A DNA stretch of 57,155 bases, filler included, from Nemertoderma westbladi (taxonomy: Eukaryota; Animalia; Xenacoelomorpha), in the NCBI GenBank assembly GCA_032718475.1. It is 3 parts of 3 records of this genome, joined end to end, with 100 filler letters (N's around TTAATTAATTAA, not from the genome) between each part and the next. Parts side by side here need not be neighbours in the genome. Positions count along the whole stretch, not along the records: positions 1 to 29,148 come from JAUCBJ010004838.1; 2 more parts are not named here. The stretch is one strand, 5' to 3'. This document shows, in pieces, positions 1-12,600 of the stretch. Positions within the stretch are counted from its first letter, which is position 1, and every line of letters begins with the position of its first letter. A program made the position numbers and the translations under genes. The notes beneath the pieces were generated by a model. That model did no database searches and was not told the DNA's origin. It was given only the letters and a program-made list of their open reading frames with translations.

Positions 1-420
1 TGCTGATATGGCACAGCATTCTTAAAAATGCAGCATGCCGATCCTAGTAGTACGTAGCTGATCGCGAAATGTGAACGTGTTCCGTTACTGGGACGGCCGG
101 ACATGCATCCTGGGGGTGTTGTCGATATGTATATGTGTGAATACTGATAGCGAGCGGGGGGGGGGTTACTTCAATTCTTGACTAACAATAACATATATAA
201 CTAATTTAATGATGATTTCTAAAGTAAAGAATTATTAAATATGATCGATTTTATACTAAATTGATCTGGAGACAAAATATATTTCATTTCAGACTAATTT
301 TATTTCATTTATAGTTTCTTTATTCATTTCACTTGATAGAGTGTAAGGAAGTATGAAATAAAATAAAGATCGCCGACGGCGGTGAACAGGAATTTATTCC
401 ACCTGATTTTAAATTATTAA

Positions 421-450
421 TTTCATTTCATTTCATTTCATTTCATTTCA
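421..450. repeat. (TTTCA)n microsatellite forming the pyrimidine tract of an acceptor
   Basis: About 6 perfect copies immediately before tag| at 451-453. Confidence 0.9.
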
Positions 451-453
451 TAG

Positions 454-668
454 ATATTTGTGATGATGAATGTTTTTATGATGCTGTCTGTGAGTTGAGA
501 CCTTCTGGGCCATTCATCATGCATGTGTTATCATCAGTGCATAACTCGAGTCCGCCTCAATCTGTATGCGCACTGATCTCAATACTTACGAATCAAACTG
601 CCACGCTTGGAACGCAATGTGTGAACGTCAGACTCCATTGGAGATACTGCACACCGGCGAGTGTAGAG
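454..668 (+). CDS. AGRN: Agrin follistatin/Kazal exon, frameshifted as assembled
   Basis: catag| acceptor and AGAG|gtaact donor. Pieces CDDECFYDAVC, SCMCYHQC, VC and TDLNTYESNCHAWNAMCERQTPLEILHTGEC lie in different frames. Length 215 is 1 nt short of a phase 1-1 exon. Confidence 0.65.
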
Positions 669-3600
669 GTAACTAAAGCCAATTTAATGGCAGTATTTCA
701 ATACTTTTGTGTAAAAAATTGTTTCAGAAATATTACAATATTTAGACGACCTATCTTGTTTCCATTTCCAAAAAAAGTTGTAAGGTGACCAACCAACTTA
801 TTCATAGGGGAATGAAATTTATCCGTATAGGAGATGAAGTTAGTGACGTATGCCCTCCTGGAATGGTTCCAACACAGTCTAGGGACGGTAGCGAGGGGAT
901 ATATCTATGCGACGAGAGAAACAGATGCCCAACCCACAACCAGACGTGTTACAAACAACCAGACCAACCATTCTCAGTTTGCTGTTACGGTGTGCCTCGT
1001 GAGTTCACCTTTTCATATACACCTGGGATCTCAACGGTATTTAAATTCGGTTGTCTGTCTGTCTGTCTCTCCCCAGTACCTCGTTGCTGTACTACCCCCC
1101 CCCCCCTCCCCCTCCCCTAGTACCAGTGGCGTCACTATGGGGAGGGGGTGGCGGCCTGATTGTGGGGGGAGTCTCCTCGTGGGTCTCAGCATACGAAATT
1201 TTATTGATGATGAACATCGCCATAGGTTTAGGATGATACATATTTTAATAACACGAGTGAAATACACAATCTGAAATACAAAATAATGAAAATAATTTTG
1301 GATATTTTATATTTGATTACCCGCGGGCCGCCAGTACCTACGTGACGCCACTTCCCAATAGCTCCTTTTCGGTTGTTTGTTTACAGTTGCGACGCCCCCA
1401 TTGTGCTCTATCCCCCCAGTACCGCGTTCTTTGTTTACAGTTGCGACGCCCCCATTGTGCTCTATCTTCCCAGTACCCCGCGTTCTTTGTTTACAGTTGC
1501 TTCGCCCCCATTGTGCTCTATCCCCCCAGTACCGCGTTCTTTGTTTACAGTTGCGACGCCCCCATTGTGCTCTATCTCCCCAGTACCGCGTTCTTTGGTT
1601 ACAGTTGCGACGCCCCCATTGTGCTCTATCTTCCCAGTACCGCGTTCTTTGTTTACAGTTGCTTCGCCCCCATTGTGCTCTATCCCCCAGTACCGCGTTC
1701 TTTGTTTACAGTTGCGACGCCCCCATTGTGCTCTATCTTCCCAGTACCGCGTTCTTTGTTTACAGTTGCTTCGCCCCCATTGTGCTCTATCCCCCCAGTA
1801 CCGCGTTCTTTGTTTACAGTTGCGACGCCCCCATTGTGCTCTATCTCCCCAGTACCGCGTTCTTTGGTTACAGTTGCGACGCCCCCATTGTGCTCTATCT
1901 TCCCAGTACCGCGTTCTTTGTTTACAGTTGCTTCGCCCCCATTGTGCTCTATCCCCCCAGTACCGCGTTCTTTGTTTACAGTTGCGACGCCCCCATTGTG
2001 CTCTATCTTCCCAGTACCGCGTTCTTTGTTTACAGTTGCTTCGCCCCCATTGTGCTCTATCCCCCCAGTACCGCGTTCTTTGTTTACAGTTGCGACGCCC
2101 CCATTGTGCTCTATCCCCCCAGTACCGCGTTCTTTGTTTACAGTTGCGACGCCCCCATTGTGCTCTATCTCCCCAGTACCGCGTTCTTTGGTTACAGTTG
2201 CGACGCCCCCATTGTGCTATATCTCCCCAGTACCGCGTTCTTTGTTTACAGTTGCGACGCCCCCATTGTGCTCTATCCCCCAGTACCGCGTTCTTTGTTT
2301 ACAGTTGCGACGCCCCCATTGTGCTCTATCCCCCCAGTACCGCGTTCTTTGTTTACAGTTGCGACGCCCCCATTGTGCTCTATCTCCCCAGTACCGCGTT
2401 CTTTGTTTACAGTTGCGACGCCCCCATTGTGCTCTATCCCCCCAGTACCGCGTTCTTTGTTTACAGTTGCGACGCCCCCATTGTGCTCTATCCCCCCAGT
2501 ACCGCGTTCTTTGTTTACAGTTGCGACGCCCCCATTGTGCTCTATCTCCCCAGTACCGCGTTCTTTGGTTACAGTTGCGACGCCCCCATTGTGCTATATC
2601 TCCCCAGTACCGCGTTCTTTGTTTACAGTTGCGACGCCCCCATTGTGCTCTATCCCCCCAGTACCGCGTTCTTTGTTTACAGTTGCGACGCCCCCATTGT
2701 GCTCTATCCCCCCAGTACCGCGTTCTTTGTTTACAGTTGCGACGCCCCCATTGTGCTCTATCTCCCCAGTACCGCGTTCTTTGGTTACAGTTGCGACGCC
2801 CCCATTGTGCTATATCTCCCCAGTACCGCGTTCTTTGTTTACAGTTGCGACGCCCCCATTGTGCTATATCTCCCCAGTACCGCGTTCTTTGTTTACAGTT
2901 GCGACGCCCCCATTGTGCTCTATCCCCCAGTACCGCGTTCTTTGTTTACAGTTGCGACGCCCCCATTGTGCTCTATCCCCCCAGTACCGCGTTCTTTGTT
3001 TACAGTTGCGACGCCCCCAACTCCGTTGTGCTCTATTTCCCCATTCGGGTGCTGCCCTGACGGAGTAACTCCGGCCTCGAACGCCCTCTTTGACGGATGT
3101 CCACGCATCGTGCCGTGTAACTGCAGCGTTATTGGCTCCTACGATCTGACCACCTGCACACGAGATACCGGCCAGTGTGCGTGTCGCAGTGGTGTAGCTG
3201 GTGTTGCTTGCGATCGCTGTGAACTCGGATTCTGGAATTTTCGCGGAATAATTAATTCTACTGATGCCGGTATTGGATGCCTCCGTAAGTTAAGTTGACC
3301 TTTGATTATGTTTTACATACAGTTATAGGTCGCCTTTTATGAGTTTTGTTTTGTTTGTCGGACCTTTTGATTTAGTAATGTTCCCATTATACTTACGATT
3401 GTTACATTCCTATTGCTGAGGCACAATCAATTATCTGTTCATAAAATATCCCGGTATTATTCCCCAGTGATTTAAAATTTAAGAATGTTCCAACACTAGG
3501 TAGTTATAGACACAAGGACGACCACATCTCTCCAGAACAATCAACTCCAATTGATCTATCATCACAACCTATTTCTGGGCTAAATAATAATAATAATTGT

Positions 3601-6600
3601 AATAGTACTGTATGAAAAAATTATTATATCCAATCTATATATTTTATGTTAATCACCCTTCCATACAACACCAGCGTGCTGCTTTGACTTATGACGGATA
3701 CCTGTAGTATGTAAAAGCAGTATTATTAGTATTATTAAGATCATAATACAAGAACAATTTCGCAGATTTTTGAGAAATGTTCTTCTTTTAATTATATTCA
3801 CCTATTCGTAAAAGTGCCCTTTCCGGCAAAACAAATAAAGTTACATTAGCAGCTACATAGAACAGTTAGGATTCACATTATCCCAGTGCCAATGTGCTTT
3901 AAAAAGTACCCCACACATTTCGATGTGTGATCGAGTGGATTGGATCCAACAGTCGTACAACCCGAGTCCCTGTCGCTTCTCTTAAGTAATCTTCATATAG
4001 GGCCTACCAAATTAATTAACCAATTATGAAGATAGCCACATATAATGCAAACTCTGCACGAACGTTATCCAGTGAACACGTGATCTCGACTTTAGCCAAA
4101 TCCTGCGACATTATTCTCCTACAGGAGACTTTGTTACCTAAACAGGAACTCCACTAAAGCGGCTTCACCGGGATTTCTATGCTACTGGTTATTCTCCTGT
4201 TGATTTCCAAAACGGCATCCTAACCGGTCATCCTTTTGGGGATCTGGGAGTTTTGTGGAGAATGAGCCACGGTGCTGATTGTGTTAAAGTTATTGATGAT
4301 TCTGATCCACGGATCATGGTCCTAAAGGTTTCTCCCGCGAGTTCTGGGAAAGATTTTATACTTATTAATGTTTACTTACCATATGAAACGTGTGAGAATC
4401 TTGATGATTATATGAATTACTTAGCAAAGTTAACCACTATAGTTTAAGCTATCAATCACTATGATATATGCATAGTGGGAGATTTTAATGCGCACCCCTT
4501 GAGGCGATTCTTCGAGGAACTAACTCAATCGTGTTCGGATGTAGGCCTAACAATCCTGGATACATCCAGACTCCCAAGTGATACTTTCACTTTCGTCAGC
4601 TCTGCCAACAACTCAGTATCATGGTTAGATCACTGCGTATGTTCAGGGAGCATGTGCGATCGGGTGAACAACATTGTTGTTGAGTACTCAACTACTTTCG
4701 ACGATCATTTACCTATGATAATCGACGTTGATACCTCAAGTTCAATAAATCCTCCCAACTCGAATGAGCAGGAAATACCGGCCCGCTCAAAGCTGCCTCG
4801 CTGGAATAAGGCGACAGATTACCATCTCTCCGGGTACCAGTCTTATACGGGCCTCCTACTCGGGGACTGCGCTATCCCACACGATGCACTATCGTGTCGG
4901 GACCCTCAATGTGATAACGAGTCACACTGTGCCGATCTGGCAGAATTTTACTCCCGTATAAGGTCATCACTTCTCACAGCTGCAACAACCCATATCCCAT
5001 GTACAGAGAGTTCCTCCGACGTGCGAATTGACTCACACAATATCCCTGGTTGGAGTGACGAGGTCGAACAACTGCACCGAATTGCACGGGAGTCATTTCT
5101 CTGCTGGCGCTCACTTGGGAGCCCCCGGGCGGGAGGGTCCCCAGTTTCGCCTCATGAGTATATCTAGGGCGCAATTTAAACGGCGCCTACGATCGATCAA
5201 GCGTAACTCGGATAAGATAAAAGCGGACCGGATCGCGCAATCCCTATATGACAAGGACTGTTATAAGTTCTGGTCTAACGTGCGTCGCATTAACAATCAG
5301 CAGGTACCTCTTCCACCTACTGATAGCCATTCCACTTCCACATACATAGCTGATATGTAGGGAGTTCATTATGAAGGGGTTTTCAACATGTTCCCGGAGG
5401 AGGAGGACTCGCAAGAGGAGGAACCCAAGCCAACATACAAAGACGTGTTTGAACACATTGATTACTCCGCGGACATGATATTCTCCTCCGCCGAGTTAAC
5501 TGAAGCCCTAGCTAAGTTGGAGCGCAATAAAGCTGCCGGACCGGATAATCTAACTGCGGAGCATCTAAAATTCGCCAGTGGCCGTATCATTGTCTGTCTA
5601 TCCTTATTGCTCAGTGCGTGTAATGTACATGGGGTTCTCCCAAAGGATCTTATAACGTCAGTTATTTACCCTATAATAAAGGATAAATGTGGCGATACTA
5701 AGGATAAGTCCAACTACAGGCCCATTGCCGTTAGCAATATAATATGTAAACTTTTCGAGCACTTAATTTTAATGTGAATAATTAACTTTTTGTCAACAAC
5801 AGCCAATCAGTTTGGTTTCAAAAAAGGATGTGGTACTGAGCTCTGTGCTTACACCATTAAGGAAATTATTAACTATTATTTGAATCATGGTAATTATGTT
5901 TATGTATGTTTTCTGGACGCTTCCAAAGCATTCGATTGTGTACAGTACAGCATAGTATATTATTTACGAAATTAGTTAAGAGTAAAGTACCAGTTTTTAT
6001 TATTCGAATTTTATCCTATATGTACGCTCAGCAGTCAATGTTTGTCAGATGGGGGGGATATACCTCCCCCAGTTTTAATTGCACTAATGGTGTTAAACAG
6101 GGCAGCCCGATTTCACCTCTTTTATTTAACTTTTTTATTGATAACCTAAGTAAAGATTTAACTTCATCCGAGTTAGGTTGTACACTAAATGGCTCAGTTA
6201 TTAATCACTTGATATACGCTGATGATATTTGCCTCATAACCCGTAAACCCACATTCGTTACAGTCTCTTGTTAATATTTGTGTAAACTTTGCTAAGGATA
6301 ATAGCATCAACGCAAAAAAATCTAAATGTATGTTTTTTCGTAGTAAATTAAGGAAAGGTACAATTGGCCCGCCGTCCATTAACCTAGATTGTAAACAGTT
6401 GAGTAATGTTGAATGTTTTAAATACTTAGGGCATATTATTTCCAGGATTTTTCTGATGACTGTGATATATTGGCACAAACTAGACTTTTTTATGCTAGAG
6501 CCAATTCCTTGATTAGACGCTTCAGTAACTGTTCTGATAAAGTTAAGAAAGTACTATTTAACAGTTACTGTTCGTCAATCTATTGTTGTGCGTTGTGCTC

Positions 6601-9600
6601 TGACGTATATTTTTTACAGTCAAGTTTTAACAAACTTCACATTGCCATTAATAAATCTGTCCGGTCGTTATTTAATATTAAATTATACAATAAGGAGACC
6701 GACGAGATTAATAGTGCGAGTCAAATGTTGGTAAATCTTAATATCCGCTCTCTTAAAGAGATTTTTAGAATATCACTTTTTAGTTTGCATACTCATGTAA
6801 ATTTGTCATCTAATTCTGTTTTAATATGTGTACGTAACACTTGCCGACCATTGTCTACAATGTACGATACTTTTAAGCGGTGGTGTTACTCACGTGCAAC
6901 TTTTGCGCTCACGCGCTCAACTCACGCGCTTTTTATTTCACCTATGTTTCATTTTTTAGACCCATTTTACTTATTGTGCAGAAATTCCCTACCATTAGTG
7001 TTTTTATAGATATGGCACTGATATTTAATGTATATAATATGAATATTTGATGCTGAAATAAATAAAAAAAATAAAAAATAAAATTTCGTATCAGGCTTCA
7101 GATCATCCATAATTTCACGCTATAATATATTTGTAGCTTGCAGCATAATTTCACGCTATATTATATTTGTAGCTTGCAGCATAATTTCACGCTATATTAT
7201 ATTTGTAGCTTGCAGCATAATTTCACGCCATATTATATTTGTAGCTTGCAGCATAATTTCACGCCATATTATATTTGTAGCTTGCAGCATAATTTCACGC
7301 TACATTATATTTGTAGCTTGCAGCATAATTTCACGCTATATTATATTTGTAGCTTGCAGCATAATTTCACGCTATATTATATTTGTAGCTTGCAGCATAA
7401 TTTCACGCCATATTATATTTGTAGCTTGCAGCATAATTTCACGCCATATTATATTTGTAGCTTGCAGCATAATTTCACGCTACATTATATTTGTAGCTTG
7501 CAGCATAATTTCACGCTATATTATATTTGTAGCTTGCAGCATAATTTCACGCTATATTATATTTGTAGCTTGCAGCATAATTTCACGCTATATTATATTT
7601 GTAGCTTGCAGCATAATGTCACGCTATATTATATTTGTAGCTTGGAGCATAATTTCACGCTATATTATATTTGTAGCCTGCAGCATAATTTCACGCTATA
7701 TTATATTTGTAGCTTGCAGCATAATTTCACGCTATATTATATTTGTAGCTTGCAGCATAATTTCACGCTATATTATATTTGTAGCTTGAAGCATAATTTC
7801 ACGCTATATTATATTTGTAGCTTGCAGCATAATTTCACGCTATATTATATTTGTAACTTGCAGCATAATTTCACGCTATATTATATTTGTAGCTTGCAGC
7901 ATAATTTCACGCTATATTATATTTGTAGCTTGCAGCATAATTTTACGCTATAATATATTTGTAGCTTGCAGCATAATTTTACGCTATAATATATTTGTAG
8001 CTTGCAGCATAATTTCACGCTATATTATATTTGTAGCTTGGAGCATAATTTCACGCTATATTATATTTGTAGCCTGCAGCATAATTTCACGCTATATTAT
8101 ATTTGTAGCTTGCAGCATAATTTCACGCTATATTATATTTGTAGCTTGCAGCATAATTTCACGCTATATTATATTTGTAGCTTGCAGCATAATTTCACAC
8201 TATATTATATTTGTAGCTTGCAGCATAATTTCACGCTATATTATATTTGTAGCTTGCAGCATAATTTCACGCTATATTATATTTGTAGCTTGCAGCATAA
8301 TTTCACGCTATATTATATTTGTAGCTTGCAGCATAATTTCACGCTATATTATATTTGTAGCTTGCAGCATAATTTTACGCTATAATATATTTGTAGCTTG
8401 CAGCATAATTTAACGCTATAATATATTTGTAGCTTGCAGTTGTTCACTTTTGGGAGCGGCGAGACAAGATTGCGACCAAATGACAGGTGTTTGTGACTGT
8501 CTACCTGGAATAAGAGGCGACAAATGCTCGTTGTGTAACAACGGCAATATATTATCAGCAAGCGGCTGTAACCAAGGTGTGTACCGGTATAACTGTAGGC
8601 CTAATGTTTTTTCTTTCATATTATTCCAAATAAGTGTCTGTCAATTTAGTTAACATTTTTTGTACCGAAACGCTTCACTGCTACCGCTATATATATTACA
8701 TTACTTTGATTAAATCATTATTTAGCTATAATGCAGCCTATTCTATAAACGCTGTTAGCAATATTATCGTTTATCTTACAGTACTCGTCCGTTTTACAAA
8801 TATCGTGGCTTGAAGGATTATAAAAAACCCTGTAATATCCTAAAGTTATAGATTATTCGCCATGAACTACATAGTCATACTTTTGTTTATTAAGGAGAAA
8901 CCGTGGTTAATAATAATGATACTAAGAAGTTGTTAGATGATACTGGTGGTATGGCTACTGAAGCCATTAGTCAACCATACAGTCACACAATCATTAGTAA
9001 TGTCCAATCAACAACAATTGAGCTACCGCCTACAGGGGTAAGTCGGTGTTCAACAATTTAAAGATCAACTAACCAACCAACACCCATCTAATCAATAAAT
9101 CGTATAATATATAATTTTCGATATTATTTGTGCGGTACAGCTTATGTAAGTTGGTTGAAGAAGTGACATGGAAGTCCAGTGTAAGATACCGTCAACATCT
9201 TTTATGATTGGTCGGTCTCTTAAACCTATAGCGGATTTCCAAATTCGTATTCTATATAACTAGAAGTAAATCAAAATATGAAATATATTACCTGCTGTGT
9301 ATTTCAGGTAATTGATTTGACCACAACTTACTTTTTTTATGTTATTTTTAGGGTTGTAAAGTTGATAACAACATTTGCAAACATGGGGGAACTTGTTGGA
9401 TAAGTGAGAAGAGTAAATCACCATACTGTCTCTGTCCTCTGGGTAAAGGAGGACCAACTTGCGAGGATAGAGTAACATTTACTGTTCCCTCGTTCAGTAA
9501 TACAAGTTATTTATCGTTTCCCAAGGTTTATTAACGTTATATTATAATCGGCATGTCGCATTGCAGTTGTATTCGATTTATATAGATATATTAAATATCA

Positions 9601-12600
9601 TGACGGGGTAGCTCAGTTGGTTGAGCGCGGGGTTTACAAACCCCGCGTTTTGGATTCGAACCCCGCCAGGGTCCACTCAGTCTTTAATTCACTGTTGTCG
9701 ATAAAATGAGGACCAGTTTAATTTATTTCACGACCAAAAATTGCATCGCAATAAATGCATTCACAATAGAATCTAGTAAAAATTATTTAAAGTTAATTGT
9801 AGAGTTTATTATTAACTAAATTAGAATCTATAAAATTCTAAAGTAATACAAGTTGATTCCAAAATATCCTTAAATATAAAAGCGCGCGGAGAATCGTTGA
9901 GCCAAATATGAAAACAATGTAATCTAAAGTAATGTAATGTAGTGTAATGTAATTTAAATAAAGCAAAAACATTACAATAATGTATTTACGATTACCTGAC
10001 TAAATTAATAAACATTAAAACTATATATATACTGTAATGTATTACCTAATAATAGTTATATTATTGTGAAGAAACAAATGTGAAAAAGAGAAAACTAAAA
10101 GGTATGAGCAAATGCGAAATACATTTAATAAGTGGGTTGGATTGAATTCCCGTATATTATATCCTGGGCTGCATGATTTGTCCGGAATGCTGCCCAAAAA
10201 TTTGTCCAATTTCAGACCGACAACACCAAAACTGTTCTCCGTTAAAGTTGTTATTATAGCCGAAGCAAGTGATTTAAGGGGCAGGAGCACACAAAAACGG
10301 CCCACTGTTGTTTTAAAAGTAGTTATTATGTTGTGATCAGTAAGATTTGGAATTTTGTTATGCAATGTTTTCCAGATATTATTAGGTATCTTTTCTCGGC
10401 GCCTTTAAAACCAATTAAAATATTGAATAACTTTAAATTAACTTTATATAATTATTTCCCATTCCACATTGATAATTTTATTTTTACATTTTTTGTTAAT
10501 TATGAATCGTTGTCTAAAGTTATACCATTAACGCCTAGATTGGGGCGTATTTGAAACTCGATATTGAGATTCAGTTTCGAGCTGACAATCCAGATGGTGT
10601 ACTCCTCTATAACGGACAGTTCCGGCAAGGAACAGGTGACTACTTCTCCTTGTCAATAAATCAAGGATTCTTAGAATTTAGGTGAGTTAATCTAAAATGA
10701 TGTATAAACAAATTGCATAGTTTTTTTATTCAGTACAAAACCAATTAGGCTCTTGAACATATTAAATGGTTGTTAATCCATTCTTAACATACCCCCATCC
10801 TCCCCAAAAACCCACTTTCTCTTGGAACTAATTAGTATCAATTATTGCAATATTTCTTTCTTTAGATACGATCTTGGCTCTGGTGATATCGTTATGAAAT
10901 ATCCGCAACCAGTGGTTCTATCTAAGTGGCACCGGGTTACGGCTGGTAGACGCCACTCTGAGGGTTACCTAAGGATGGACGGGGGTGTCGTTATAGAAGC
11001 GTCCAGTCCTGGGAGACTCAGTGGACTGAATCTGGACGATGACTTGTATGTAGGAGGGATACCCTACATTACCAGAAACGTTAGTTGCATTGCCAACGGT
11101 ACACATACTGGTACTTCACGGGAACTGACACGGCACCCACTGGATCCACATGTTTAACATTAACAAAGACTGCCTGTCTAGTACGATTTAACTTAAAATA
11201 ATAATACTACTTGGTCGAGCGAGCTCGGACAGTGGAAGTGAGTTCCTTCCAGACTTCACCAATTCTCCATGGTTGTTCAATTTCGTTTCTGCAAAACCAG
11301 GATCCCTTTTAAATTGGTCTATATAAATATGTCATAGCTGGTCGTCCAGGCAACGCCCACCATATGTTGGTTGCCAGTAAAGTAGATCTGGTATGACCTA
11401 ACTGTAGTTTTTACTTCTTCAACCAACAGTGGCAACAGAATTGTAATCCGCTTTCAAGGGGAGTGGTTGATAGAGGTAGTATACCATGAACTCGGTGTTT
11501 GACATGTTTGTCTCCAGCTGATGGTTAGTTAGGGCTGCTTAGAAATAGATACAATCTGCAAATCAGACTCTCCCGTCCCATGAAGACAAAGTTATTTCGA
11601 GCCACAGTGGAAAGTGTACGTCTATATACCATGTCCTGGAAAATAAAGTCTACATTCTTCACCCCCTCCCCCAAATTGTTCTACGTCGTACAAATCTTAA
11701 CGAGATTGCATGAAATTTGAAACAGAGATTGTTTCACCTCCCTCCTCGAAGTTTCACCTTCCTAGTGTCTACAAATGGGTTTGTCCCAAGCTAGATCCGT
11801 GGGACAAGGCCACCAAGGACATTCCCTCCACACGTCTCTCAACTCCTCGACAAAGACCCGGCGGCTCGAGAAAGGATGGGATATCACAGCTATAGCTAAT
11901 GCCAGTTCTTTTATTACATAATCATAGTTCCGAGGTATTCTGCCACCACTACGCCGACTGGAAAGGCCGTTGGGACCATTTGCCCATGCTGTAGAGCAGC
12001 ACCTGCTGCTGGAATTGAGGCGCTTGTAGCTAAAAAATGCTGTTTCAAATTTCATGCAAAGTTACCTTAATAATGACACTATATTCCAGAACATGGTGTA
12101 AGGGGGGTGGTGCGTGGGTGTGTGGAGTGAGAACTTCACATTGACAAAATCACTTGAACAACGAATTGATGGTTGTCACACAAGACTACTTAACTTAATT
12201 ATTAGAGATATAATTAATTAATTATAGATATATTCTAATGTTGGTACATGGAACGGATTCTCAGGGTGTATCCGCCTTCTTACAATGAACGGCGTTGGTT
12301 TTGACCTCTCCAGCGGTGGCGCAAACGTTCTGTACGGCGGGCATGTGGGAGAATGTGGTAAGAGACCGTGCGACACAAATCCTTGTCTCAACGGCGCAAA
12401 GTGCATTGATATTGACACGGAAACATACAGGTGGGTCAATAATGAAAAATGCAAGACAAAATCGGTCGCATGATACTCAGAAAAAAATATAACAGTTTAT
12501 ACCCTAAATATGATATAATTAACTAATATAATACAGTTATTCTTTTAAGAACATGTGCCGCCTCCGTCACTAATGTGTTCTTGCCTTATATTTGAGTAAT

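Noticed and set aside
7138-8385. Long repetitive ORFs (LQHNFTLYYICS)n
   Set aside because: By-product of a 36-bp intronic unit. Not in the agrin frame and with no start context.
9602-9675. tRNA-Val(TAC) gene
   Set aside because: No proper acceptor stem or poly-T terminator; it continues into a SINE core.
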